This document shows, piece by piece, positions 11,708 to 23,739 of a DNA stretch of 64,000 nt. Source of the DNA: Tubulanus polymorphus (Eukaryota; Animalia; Nemertea); assembly GCF_964204645.1 (NCBI RefSeq), contig NC_134026.1, positions 20,122,150 to 20,186,149 of the forward strand, written 5' to 3'. The notes under the pieces are model-generated. The model was given only the letters and a program-made list of their open reading frames with translations. It had not been told where the DNA came from and did no database searches. Made by a program: the position numbers and the translations under genes. Position 1 is the stretch's first letter; each line of letters opens with the position of its first letter.

Positions 11708-13926
11708 GCTTTTGACTGTAAATACAAGCCGAAGTTTGTCAAGTACACGCACAACGGATCCCCGTTGCTGCGCGAAGACCAAGTGAAACTGCGCGTCTAC
11801 AGATTCAGCGTCGACGACGTCGAATCCGATACGATCTACCTCAACATCGTCATCGTCAAAGAACCATACGACATATTCGTCGTGAACGACTTGACGCACC
11901 CCGTTGTCGAAGAGTTCAACGGCGTGTCGAACTTCATCGACGCGTCGGCGCTTCGATTCCGCTTTGATATGCGCAACAACGCCTCTTGCATGGTCGGATT
12001 CAACAGCATCGGCTCGGCGTGGCCAATCGCCGGACAGGTCGTGCACGGACCCGATAAAACGCCTGTTCACTCCATCTGGCGCGAGTGCCACGAGTTTTTG
12101 TTCATGCAACTGCAATACGAACACCTAGTTCCTTCGACGCCCGAGGTAGACTATATACCGCTCACCGTCGAGGTTAACGACCCGAACGTCGGCATCATCA
12201 CGGAGCAAATGTATTTAGCTATAGATATCAACGGAGCGTTCCCGAACATGCCCCCGAAAGCTTCGTTTATGAGCGAATACTTGTTAGATGTCGGAGAATT
12301 CGTGTTGACCGTGATTTCGCCGAATATCATGACGGCCACGGATAACGAGACGCCGAGAGCGTCACTGGTTTACAACGTCAGTCGACCACTGTTGCCCGGT
12401 CAAGGCCACCTGGTTAATCTAGCCGACCAAACGCAGGAAATCTCTTCCTTCGTGCAAGCCGATTTGGCTAATCGTAACATCGCCTACCAACCCCCGAATA
12501 TCAGCTACACCGATAGGACCGATTTTAGTATAGAATTCACAATCTTCGACAGCCACTTCGCTCATAGTTTGCCTCTAGTTTTGCACATATCAGTCAGACC
12601 ATCGGAGACCATCAAACCCAGAGTGACCTTGAATACTGGGCTCGTTCTGGTCGAAGGTCAATCGGCCAAAGTCACCAACGATAACTTGCAAATTGTCGAC
12701 AGAGACAACATCGATAACGTAGAAATTCTAGTGAAACCTGGAGGACTGAACTATGGAAATTTGTTCGTCAGCGGACAAAAGGCGTTCGTCTTCAATCCCC
12801 AGGATATAGCTCTGGGAAGGGTATACTATAGGCACGACGGAGGGAATTCCGTGCAAGATTACATGTTACTGCGTATCAGCGACGGAAGTCGGTCGATTCA
12901 AATCCGTTTCTACTTTCATATCATACCGATAGACGATACCCCGCCGATGCTGATCAGCGAGCGCGGCTTCGAGGTCAAACAAGGCGATACTCTGCAGATA
13001 GAGTCGGACATGCTTCAAGCTAAAGACGAGGATTCGCCGTCGTCCGATATCATGTACGCAGTAACGCAAGCGCCGGCGCACGGTAATATCGTCCGCAAGT
13101 ACCGCACGGGTTCCGTCGGCCAGAACGTCGGACACTTCCTCCAAGAAGAAATAAATCGCGGCTACATTTTCTACCAGCATAACGGTGATTCGGAAATCTA
13201 CGACACGTTTCACTTCACGCTGAGCGACCAGAACGTGCCGCCAAACGTTTCCCCTAAGCAAATGCTTCAAATCGACATAAAACCAGTGCTGGCAAAACCG
13301 CCGGTGAAGGTGGCCAATACCGTCAACGTTCTGGAAGTGTTGGAGACAGAAGTCGCCGTTTTTACTCGGGATAACCTAGCCTACGACGATCCCGATACAG
13401 ACGACGGGCACGTTATCTACACGGTTACGGTGCAGCCGTTTTTCCCTCCGGCAAAAGTGACCGTAGACTCCGGCCGGCTGATCAACACTCGCAATATGAG
13501 TATGTTGGTGAAAGACCCGTCGTTGCCGGCCATCACCGAATTCACGCAAGCCGAAGTAAACCATCTCCTGATCGCTTTCATGCCACCAGACGCGGATATA
13601 GGCACCGAACCGGCTGAAATTGTCTTCTACTATTCCCTTTCGGATAACACGGGCAACACGATAGCGCCTCAACCGTTCGTCGTGCGTGTACTACCAGTCA
13701 ATAACCAACCCCCTGAATTGAACACGAATACCGTGAAACTGAAAGAAGGTGCCCAGGTGACGATAACGCAGGCGGAGATCTCCGCGACGGATATCGACAC
13801 GAAATCGGAGGAATTGGAATTTGCGGTCGATGTTTTACCCAGACACGGGATGCTGAAGAAATATGGACAGAATATGATCAGGGGAGATAAATTCAATTTG
13901 ACTGATCTGGATAAAGGCGCCATGGT
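11708..13926 (+). CDS. FREM1: FREM1-like exon 2 (NV domain, CSPG repeats 1-5)
   Basis: Acceptor tttcag|GCT; AFDCKYKPKFVKYTHNGSPLLREDQVKLRVYRF; repeats with FxQxDL/I...IxYxH motifs; donor GT|GTAAGC at 13927, phase 2. Confidence 0.93.
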
Positions 13927-14321
13927 GTAAGCAAGACGTTTCTTATATTGAGATCATGCACTTATCAGCAGTGTCTACCTCCCTATTCCAAAAATACCAT
14001 GCCATTGAGTTTTTTTTTAAATATAAGAACAGCAATTTCACATTTGAATGAAAAGACTATTCAATCAGAATACTGTAGACCTCCAACATCATTGACACCC
14101 TTTTGCTGGGAAGTGAAATTATGAAAGTTTAAATCCCGAGACATGATTGGCTGGTATGATCAGCTGAAACGCTTAATAAGCCAATCATAGCCAATCAATT
14201 TCGCACAAAAATATACAATACAACGTCCATGTTTCACGCTACAACACCAAAAAGAGATATATATTCCAATTTTACCGCATTATCATCATTTTCCTAAATG
14301 CCGTTTTCTGTATCGTTTCAG

Positions 14322-16973
14322 ATACTTTCACGATGGTTCAGATACCGAAGAAGACCAGTTCATGGTTAAAGTAAACGACGGGGTACATTTCATATCCAAA
14401 ATCGTTCCCGTCGACGTTACTTTGGTCGACGACCAGAAGCCGGTGATGAGGTCGTCGACGAGCGGCCCGATCATCGTGTCTGAAGGCGGCGAGATGGTCA
14501 TTTCGCCGGCGACGATCTCGGCCGCCGATCCCGATACGCCAGACGAGAAAATCACCTTCATCGTCGTGCGACCGCCTACGAAAGGCTCCATTTACAATTA
14601 CCGTTCGGAAGTGAACCGATTCACGCAGCGCGATGTCAAAGATGGCCGCATCAAGTACATGCACAGAAATGGCGACGTCGGTTACAATCCGGAATTCGAC
14701 GGGTTCAGTTTCGTGGTCACCGATAAACCGGGCGCTGCCACTACGTTCGACGAAGATTTTCCGTCTAATTTCATCAACATAACAATCTTGCCGGTGAACG
14801 ACAAAGCGCCGGAGGTCGTCGTGGAAAATCGACTAGTGGTGAAAGAAGGCGGCAAAGTGACGATCGCTCCGAACATTCTGACAGCAAACGACCAGGATTC
14901 GGAACCGATTCGTCTGCGATTCGAAGTTACGAAGAAACCCGAATGGGGCTTCATCGAGAATACGAAACCGGACAAAGGCTCGGAAATAAGTAACACCGGC
15001 AAACCGATTACCGAGTTCAGTCTGCAAGACATCGATGACGGAGCTATCAGGTACGTTCAGGCGAATCACCAGGGAGTTGAACCGCTACACGATATGATCG
15101 TTTTGAAAGTGAACGACGGGGATTTGTATTCCCCGGAGACCCTGTTACCCGTAAGCATTATCCCGCAGAACGACGAAAAACCGACTATTAACCTATCCGA
15201 TTTCGAAGTCGGCGAAGGCAAAGAGAAAATCATCGACATCGCGATGCTGAACGCTACCGATGCCGATTTGCCCGGCGATCGCTTGATGTTTTCGGTAGCT
15301 AGAAAACCTCGTCACGGCGACATCAAAATGATGATGCAGGTCGAAGGACGCTCGGAAGGGATGATACAAGTCCCGATGCACGATTTCACGCTGAGGGACC
15401 TGCAAAACCACATGGTGCTCATGTACCAACACGACGGATCGGAGAACTTCGACGATCGCTTCACGATCAGGGTCGACGACGGCCAGCACGTGACCAGACG
15501 TATTTGCAAAGTGAAAGTGCATTCGACGAACGACGAACGGCCGAATATCGTCAAGAACGCCGGGTTAAATTTAGAATATCGAGAAACCGCGTTCATTACG
15601 TCATCGGCGCTTTGGACGATGGATGTGGATAATCTAGACAGCGAATTGTGGTACGTGGTCATCCGAAAGCCGAAAAAGGGAATCTTGCAAAAGCGCGTTC
15701 CTATAGGTGAAGTTATCGCTCTTCGTCCCGGTTCCGAATTGAGCAAAACCGACAAGATATGGATCGAAATCGACCCGGGCGTGAATTTCACCCAAAGTGA
15801 CCTGCTCAACAACCGGATCAGGTACAACCATCTGGGCGGTTTGGACAAAATGTCCGGCGACAGTTTCGTCTTCAAAGTCACCGACGGAACCTACTCGACC
15901 CCGTACGAAACGTTCGAAATCAAAATCGAGAACTCGAAAATTTCCGAAATCGATTTACAGGTGAAAAACGCCAAGGTGAAAGAAAACGGACGCACGATCA
16001 TCGGTACCGATTCACTCAGCGCCTCCGACGGATCGGGGATGGCCAGTCGACTGCGGTTTTTCGTATGGAGGACGCCTTTGTACGGACAAATAGAGCTGGC
16101 CAACAGACGCGGTTTCGCTATCCGTAATTTCACGCAGTTAGACCTCGCATCGGCAAGACTGCTCTACTCGCATACGGCCGGCTCCTCGGAAAATGTCGAA
16201 GACTTCATGAAATTCACCATAACGAATGGATTTCAGACAAAAAACGGAACGCTCTACTTCCATATCATACCGAATGATAGAATTACGCCGACCTTGGACG
16301 TGAATCGACCTCTTCCGGTGAAACGCGGCGAGGAAAAGGTCATAACTCCGGCTTACCTGTCGGTGTACGACCCGGACACCGATGCCGGAAACGTATCGTA
16401 CTTCATCATGAAACATCCCGATCACGGCGAGATCTTGAATCGAGGATTACTGGTCATCAATAAATTCAACCAGTCCGACATCAAACTCGGCAACATTTTG
16501 TACAAGAGTTTCTCCTCGGACGCGATGATCGATCAGTTCTGGTTCATCGTCAGTGACAACAAACACATCGGTTTTCTCATAAACAACTCCCTACAGTTAG
16601 ACCCGGTACCGTTCAAGATTCTGCTCTCCAGCAAGGATATCCTTCCACCGAAACTCATCCGCAACAAGATGCCGACGATGCTGGAAACGTTCGATAGAGG
16701 TCGCGTCGGCTATCTGATCAACAATCGATTCTTGAAGACGATGACCTTCGACGGTAGCGGACCCGGCGATATCGTCTACACGCTTCTCGAGCGACCGATC
16801 TACGGCTATCTGGAAGACACCGTTACCAAACGTCGCCTGAGAAACAAGTTCACGCAGAAGGATTTGGACGCCGGGCGAATCCTGTACGTTATCAACGCCG
16901 ATCACCAGGTATCCAGAGACAACTTCCTGTTTGAAGTACACGACGCGAAAGGAAATACTATTCCCGCAGCAAG
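14322..16973 (+). CDS. FREM1: FREM1-like exon 3 (CSPG repeats 5-12)
   Basis: Acceptor tttcag|A restores V-YFHDGSD; 871-aa ORF of CSPG repeats; donor AG|GTGAGT at 16974, phase 2. Confidence 0.93.
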
Positions 16974-17505
16974 GTGAGTATCTCGTTCAAGACGTTGATC
17001 AATCAATCAAGCTTTCGGTCAGTTGGTTCGGAAAAGCATGTCAAAAACGAATCAAACTATATTCAAATTTCATATTATTTATTCATTATAGTCAATTATA
17101 TGTTATCTTTCCATTCCACCAACGAGCAATCAGTTTGAAATCAGAAGTTCTCATGCGTACAGACAGACTCACAATAGAATTGCCTATGACAAATGAAACC
17201 CCTTGATACATAGCTTTCCGAATAAGTTTCTTTTGTGGAATCGATTCTATGTGATGATCAATTCTATGCATGTTAATTCTTTTACATAATATAAATCTGA
17301 AATCTAAAGATAAATGATGATGCCATTTCCCTTGAAGCAAATGATCGAAAAGTATGGAATGCATCTTGTTCAACAACAATTTGCCGAATGAAAGTGCTAA
17401 TACGTTAATGATTCATTAGTCTTAATTATGCTACATCAAATCTAATATTCGATTATGCATGTTATGATTATGCCGTTAATCTCGTTTTCTTCCCGATGCT
17501 CGCAG

Positions 17506-17708
17506 ATTCGAAATGCGCTGGCCGGTAATCGAATTCAGCCTGTCCGAATATACGGTTTGCGAAGATGTCGGCACGTTGTCGGTCGGCATTAAACGGACCG
17601 GAGCCGTCCACCAGTCGGCGTACATCAATGTCAGGGTTAAGGAAATGTCAGCGAAAATCGGCGTCGACATTGGCAACCAAGACTACGCCCAAATACAATT
17701 CGATCCCG
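17506..17708 (+). CDS. FREM1: FREM1-like exon 4 (Calx-beta, first part)
   Basis: cgcag|A; RFEMRWPVIEFSLSEYTVCEDVGTLSVGIKRTG...QIQFDPG; donor G|GTATGA. Confidence 0.9.
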
Positions 17709-18105
17709 GTATGATATATACATTACTTCGTTAATCCAATCAATTTCTATCTAAGAAATTGAGAAATTTATGTTAAAATCAGTTGAAAAATTTTCAAAAA
17801 GTCATTTTAATACAATTGCTTCTTGAAAAAGCCCTTTACCGGGAGGGATGACTACTAAATTGTTAAGAGTTATAGGGTAATAATATCAATTCAATAAAAA
17901 GTGCTGATGAACATTCTATCACAGTGAAATATATTGAATTACCATTGCTATTACCGTATTTTAACATAATCTTCGAACAAGTCCTAAACGTCTTTCAACT
18001 GAATTAAGAAATTCCGAAAAGTTTTTCACCATCGAAAATCGATTGTGGTAACATGTGCTTACGTGGGCTATTAGTGCTAACATCTGCTTCGGTGATTTTT
18101 TTTAG

Positions 18106-18255
18106 GTGTTACGATGGTTACTTGGAATATAAGAATTACCGAAGACTTCCTCGATGAAAGTGACGAACGATTCAAGCTACTTCTCAAATCCCCGGTCAAC
18201 GCGCTGATTGGCCAAGAAGACAAGTGCGTCATCATTATCATCAATAAAGATAAAG
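18106..18255 (+). CDS. FREM1: FREM1-like exon 5 (Calx-beta, second part)
   Basis: ttttag|GT; VTMVTWNIRITEDFLDESDERFKLLLKSPVNALIG; donor G|GTAATT. Confidence 0.9.
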
Positions 18256-18498
18256 GTAATTGGAGGAGAATTGACCGAGGTGAAAAAACGATATGGATTT
18301 CGAAAATTGATTCTTCAGTACATAATAGTGATTTTTTCATCAATTTTCGTATGAATTCACCTCTTTGAAATGTATGAAGCGGAAAATAGAATCAGGGGGC
18401 TGAAGGAATTTCAAGAAGCTCTTTCATTTTACACGACGCGAACTTAGTTTTCTGTGAGAAAGGTCCGATATCAAACGACGCGAATGTGTTTATTTCAG

Positions 18499-18605
18499 AT
18501 GCTGGGAAATGCCCTCCCGTCCCTGGAATGGTCAATAAATACGGCGTTGTTCCCATTCGGAAAGACGTGTCAAATACGATAGACACACCTGAACGAATAC
18601 ATAGG
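18499..18605 (+). CDS. FREM1: FREM1-like exon 6 (linker)
   Basis: tttcag|AT gives DAGKCPP...; donor AGG|GTAAGT; phase-compatible on both sides. Confidence 0.8.
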
Positions 18606-19171
18606 GTAAGTACCAGAAACAACTGTGAGACAAATGCCAATATATTTGTATATGTAGAACTGATGAAAATTGCTAGGCATTATGTTATGTCAATGTACAA
18701 AATGATCGACACAGAACTGAAAATCTACGCGTTTTGATAAATCAAGCATAGATCTTCTCCGGTATTTACATCAAGGTGGATCTAACCGATTCTTGCTTTC
18801 CGTTCTAAATGGACGCTGACTCGGAGATCAGTTCAATCAAATTAGTCCATGAATGGATTTTAAAAACTCTAATCTCAAGACCCATTTGTCCATCAGCGGT
18901 TTTAATCAAACTCGTTTTCTGTGTTCCGCGGACGCTGTTTGTATATCATGTTAAGCCAGTGAGCATGTTTTATACATCCTCGCTTCCCAGTATTCCGAAG
19001 CTTACGCCAACACAATCAAGGGTCTGCGGCCAGGGTTTGTGCTGGCGTGAGCTTCGGTTTTATATGGATTTTAGACTGAATAAATTGCTATTATTACGAC
19101 TATAATTTTCAAATATTCAAGTGTTTATTCATTGAGATGTATGATTAAATTTAGAATTTCACTCTCAACAG

Positions 19172-19418
19172 TATCATTCCGTGTCCGGGTCGTATTCGAA
19201 CAACAAACTGCCGATTTCGCCTCTACATCAAAACGACGCCGGCACAAACGGCGACCGCCGCATGAAAAGTAAGACGACCGCTCTAGCGAAATGGAAGAAA
19301 GAGAAACGACGCCAGAAACGATTACGTAAGCGTAAGCAACGTCTACAAGTACAACGTAAACGTTTGGCGAAGAAGAACAAGCAGAAGAATAAAAAGACTA
19401 AGAAAAATGGAAAGAAGG
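19172..19418 (+). CDS. FREM1: FREM1-like exon 7 (Lys/Arg-rich linker)
   Basis: caacag|TAT, phase 0; KWKKEKRRQKRLRKRKQRLQVQRKRLAKKNKQKNKKTKKNGKK; donor G|GTTAGT. Confidence 0.75.
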
Positions 19419-19982
19419 GTTAGTCCGATTCAATGTGTCCCAGTTAGATTTGCTTGAATGGGATATGAATAATACGCTACGATGAAAAATGATATACACG
19501 AAAATGATATAGGCCTAATTTGTTCGTGTATTTCATAAAAGTCCAGACCTAACGCGTATCCCCAAGATAACAAGAAACTCAATAAAAAGCTAACAATAAA
19601 AAGAAACTCAAAAGAAGCTAACAATTTGCGTTTAGAAAAAATCTTACCTCATGTCTACAATAGATAGAAAATAGGTGTACACAAGTTCAAATGAACCTTG
19701 ACTTTTGATCGACAAAACCCCCATACACACACGATACAGTACTTAAAACTGGTTAATCGCCGCTCGAAAAAGCATGCAGATCATTTAACCTTTGATAAAT
19801 TAAATCCAACATTCCATGATTATCGATATATACATTTAGAAATTGGATTATGATAGTAAGCATTTCAGATGATAAATTTCACCCAAAATTATACCGATTG
19901 TCTCAATCGGTGTTTCATAAAATGATGATTCTGCATGCAAAAAACCTAGATAAAGGAAATGCACTTGTCTTTCCCATTATAG

Positions 19983-20357
19983 GAAAATCCAATAAGAGAA
20001 AAAAGGATCACTCTCTGTCGCAATCTCATAAGGATGGTCTAGACGTAGGAACTAATAGCGAAGCTAGTGAGACGAACGCGGGTAATGTACCGCGTAAGAC
20101 GAAAAAGAAAAAGATGAAAAAGAAGTTTAGCAACAACGACGACGCGGACGACGTCGAGAATAACGATGACAACGCCAGGGGATCTTCGCCCGGTGCTCGC
20201 CGGAAAAAAGGTCCGAAACGCGGGAAAAGACCCGGCAGGAAAGCGTACGGAGGTCGCGGCGGCGGAAAATGGAAGAAGAAAAACAAAGCGAAAAAGAACA
20301 ACAAAAACGGCGATAACGATCGCGGGGCTGGCGATGATTCTAGGCAGACTGAACAAG
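19983..20357 (+). CDS. FREM1: FREM1-like exon 8 (Lys/Gly/Asp-rich linker)
   Basis: ttatag|GA; open frame; donor G|GTAAAG; symmetric phase 1-1, 375 nt. Confidence 0.75.
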
Positions 20358-20595
20358 GTAAAGTGACGGTCGATATTCTGGTGAAGAGACTGTGAACTTT
20401 CTCAACCAGTCCCGACGTTTATATTGCCATAATTTATCACTGAAATTGACAAAAATAAAGATATCTTTTGATATCATAATCACACGTGAAAACTAGATGA
20501 GTAATAAATTTGGATCCCTGTTCTGTAGACCCTTAGTTAAGTGTACTCCCCTATTTTCCACGATGCTCAACATACGCTATATTCTATATTTTCAG

Positions 20596-20912
20596 TGAAT
20601 AGCGAACCTATACAAAATATCAAACGATACAGGAAACCTATTGATGAAGGTATGCAGATAGATCACACGGGTATGCAAGTTGATCAGTGGTCGTCCAGTT
20701 CGTCGGAAAGCTTCCAGAATTCCGACACGACCGATCTGGCAGCGGACGACAGCAGTATCGAGACAAAAAAGAAACCGGTCAATAGCGATGAAAATGCCGG
20801 TGCCTGGTCGCAGTTACCAGACGACATCAAAGAAAGTCTGAAAGAAAGTCACCAAACGATCGGCGAAATGCTCGAAAAGAAAGCGGCGGGCCAAGATCAA
20901 GGAGATATAAGG
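20596..20912 (+). CDS. FREM1: FREM1-like exon 9 (acidic/Ser-rich linker)
   Basis: ttttcag|TG; open frame; donor AGG|GTAAGT. Confidence 0.78.
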
Positions 20913-21071
20913 GTAAGTTCTCGTTCTAGGATTTCATCGATCTAGAAACTCGATGAAGAACTCTTCGGATCGCGAAGTATTAAGATATCCGTTGTTGATG
21001 TGAAAAAAAACGTCGCATTCCATCAGTTAGTTCTGTATTCTTCAATTAACTACGTCTTATGTGTTCTACAG

Positions 21072-21273
21072 TACGTGGATACGTGTAATTCCAACACGAA
21101 AGGCATGCTGCATCTCGACCCGGCGACAGACCGAGTCTATAAATGCGACGGCACCGATTGGCTTTCTCTGGAAGAGTATTTAGCCAGGGTGAATGCGGCG
21201 ACGACTAAGGCGCCGAATACCTCGGTATCCGACATAGATAAAGAACGGAAATCCGGAATTGATTGCGGAGAAG
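21072..21273 (+). CDS. FREM1: FREM1-like exon 10 (Cys motif preceding the lectin domain)
   Basis: ctacag|TAC; CNSNTKGMLHLDPATDRVYKCDGTDW resembles the FREM1 C-x4-G...LYxCxGxxW motif; donor G|GTAATG. Confidence 0.85.
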
Positions 21274-21478
21274 GTAATGACATGTGTCTGCATATATATG
21301 CTTTAAGAAGCAGAGACGGATACAACACGTATCTCTCAAATATAAGGATTTTCAAAGCAACACGACCGAAATACATATTCATATATCCTATGGACCGAAT
21401 GGAGTGCTAGTCTCGTTCCCTTTTAGAAATTCCGTAGAGGAGCCGTGAATTAACCGGCTGCAGAATAGATACAACGTC

Positions 21479-21648
21479 ACGAGTAGTACTATATAAGTAA
21501 ACTATTTCATTTGACGCATGAGCTTTCGCTACTGATGTATAACAGCTTCATCAGGTGAATGAGTGATGCTAATACATGAAGCTACTATACATCAGTAGCG
21601 AAAGCTCGTGTGTCAAATAAAACAGTTTACCTATATAGTACTACTCGT
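21479..21648. mobile_element. Palindromic hammerhead-bearing element, family B (FREM1 intron 10)
   Basis: ~70-bp inverted arms ACGAGTAGTACTATATA... / ...TATATAGTACTACTCGT. Minus strand 21557-21517 reads CAC-CTGATGA-A-GCTGTT(ATACATC)AGTAGC-GAAA-GC-TC. Confidence 0.65.
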
Positions 21649-21829
21649 TTCGTTTCCTTTTAGAGATAAAGATGATGATGTCCATAATAAATGATCTTTT
21701 AAAGTAACTAATAGGGCACAGAAATATGAAAGCTATGATTGATCAGAAAATCATGTCTTTGGTGATATAAGCCTAGTGTTTTCAACTCAGTAATGTGTAA
21801 CCCTTCCTCGTTTTCTAATTTATGTATAG

Positions 21830-22000
21830 GGTGGCGGGAATTCAGCGGAATCTGTTACAAGGTCATCGAACTAATGTCGTCATGGGACGAAGCGGAGAAT
21901 TATTGTCTGGAAACCTATAACGCCCACTTGCCCAGTATTTGGTTGGCCGAAAACCTGGAATGGTTACATGATTTGGCTGGAAGGGAAGCGTTCTGGTTGG
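21830..22000 (+). CDS. FREM1: FREM1-like exon 11 (C-type lectin domain, N-half)
   Basis: gtatag|GG; GWREFSGICYKV...SWDEAENYC...AHLPSI...FWLG; donor G|GTAAGT. Confidence 0.9.
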
Positions 22001-22769
22001 GTAAGTGGTGTCGATGTGCTAACATCATTGCTATCGGATTTCGTCACAATTTATGATCCCACATGTTATGTCGGAGGAGATATCCGGCATATCTGGTACT
22101 GTGTCTTATGTTATGAGGAGCGCCCTATCATCTTTATCTCGACCTAACAGGGTTCTTGGGAATTTAGTTCTGAACTTCGATTCCGCAAGTGAGGCCAAAG
22201 GACAACACAGTGCTGCTGGTTCCATTATGACTCCATCTTTTTTTTTAAATTTTGAATTAAAAACAAAATCACAACGGGACCATACTTGATATGAATGGCC
22301 CAGATAATACCGAGTCAAAACTGTAATGCACAATTCTAAACGTATGCATAGCTTTTCATGGAAACTTGACAAATCATGGTCTCGATGCGTAAGCGGATTT
22401 AAGCCGTCCTAATTTTTCTTTCTACTTAATCTTCATTTGAGTTTAAAACCAATTGCGATATCCTTGACGAATTTCTTTCGACGTTTTCGTCGGAATTCTC
22501 CTGTCCCCGGGGCGGGCTGTTTGTTGGAAGAGGAGATTTTAGTGAGATTCGTGGCGAATGTCTTCGAGTAAAACAACTGATCTTTCGCTGCTGCGTGTGT
22601 AACGTGATGTCCCCATCGGAGTTTGTTAGAAAATACATGCGAATTTGAGGCGGTTTGTTCGTGATTCGTAGACAATAAGTGCTTCCCTCTCAGGTTGATC
22701 TTTACGGAGCCCCCGGGGTGACATTGTGAAAAGACTGTTTCCGTTCGAACGAAAAACAAACCATTCTTT

Positions 22770-22879
22770 TCAGTTTCACGAAAAGGACTAACTGCTAAAT
22801 CGATTCTTGATAAGATAAACTGAATAAATAAAGTATTTAAATCGATTTAAGAGTTAAAACTTTTTGTGAAACAGGACCC
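22770..22879. mobile_element. Harbinger-like MITE (FREM1 intron 11)
   Basis: CAGTTTCACGAAAAG... / ...CTTTTTGTGAAACAGGACCC inverted ends. Confidence 0.45.
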
Positions 22880-23180
22880 TGTAAAACTCAGACGGACTGG
22901 ACGGAGATTTTATTAAGTACCTGTTTCGTCCTTCGGCGGAATACCAGTCAATTTTAGACAATATCTATGAACAATATAATCTAGTCGATGATTCTTCTCA
23001 TTGACCCAGTTATTTTTATGACCTAATTCGTATCATGTGTCAATCTGATACAATTTCTCGTAAAACACTGGCGGCCAAATAACACGTAGAGTATTAACTG
23101 ATTTATTTTCACTTGAGAATTCATGGATCCACTTAAGAATATGTCACACATTGATGATAAGATTTTCTCAATATCTTCAG

Positions 23181-23395
23181 GTTTGAATCAAAAGTCCGGA
23201 TACCGACGTTGGGAGTACTGTAACGGCGACCCCGTTACGTACACGAACTGGAAGCCCGGGTTCCCACGAGGCGGCCGCGATTCGTACAAAAACTGCGCGC
23301 TCGTCAGGAAGGAGGACAAGTTGTGGACGAATCGAGAATGTAACTTGCAGTTGGGAAAAGTCATTTGCACGCGTTACTCCAATCAAAAAGTGTGA
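23181..23395 (+). CDS. FREM1: FREM1-like exon 12 (C-type lectin domain, C-half, stop)
   Basis: cttcag|GT; LNQK...WEYCNGDPVTYTNWKPGFP...NCALV...WTNREC...VIC; TGA at 23393-23395. Confidence 0.9.
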
Positions 23396-23699
23396 GCAGC
23401 GCGATTGGATCGCGGTTCCATTCGCGAATGGTTTCCGCTGTGTTTGAATTCGTCATTGTGTAAATCAACCTAAATAGGCTGAAATGAATATGACCGAGGC
23501 TACGGTCGGACAAAATCTGGAAAATATACTAGTGGGACCAGCAGACGCGTCCGGTGTGAAAAAGGACGCACAATATCGATATGTAATATCGTTTTCGTTT
23601 ATATTATCGTATATAGATACAACGGTGGCGTATATAAAAACGAGACCTTATCGACTCGTTTACCTAGGAAAAGCTTATTAAGAATTAACCGCGGTTGAA

Positions 23700-23739
23700 C
23701 AACAACAGCAACAACAACAACAATAACAACAACAACAAC
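23700..23739 (+). repeat. (CAA)n microsatellite in the putative FREM1 3' UTR
   Basis: About 13 imperfect CAA units. Confidence 0.85.

Larger units (their letters stand above)
9276..23395 (+). other. FREM1: Gene model: FRAS1-related extracellular matrix protein 1 (FREM1/QBRICK-like), 12 coding exons, ~2360 aa
   Basis: Exons 9276-9500, 11708-13926, 14322-16973, 17506-17708, 18106-18255, 18499-18605, 19172-19418, 19983-20357, 20596-20912, 21072-21273, 21830-22000 and 23181-23395 join through GT-AG introns with matching phases (sum 7083 nt, divisible by 3). The order signal peptide / NV / 12 CSPG / single Calx-beta / C-type lectin is the FREM1 architecture. Confidence 0.9.

Noticed and set aside
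11690-16941. Many antisense and alternate-frame ORFs over FREM1 exons 2-3 (also over exon 8 and the Xkr CDS)
   Set aside because: Shadow ORFs caused by codon bias of the real CDS.
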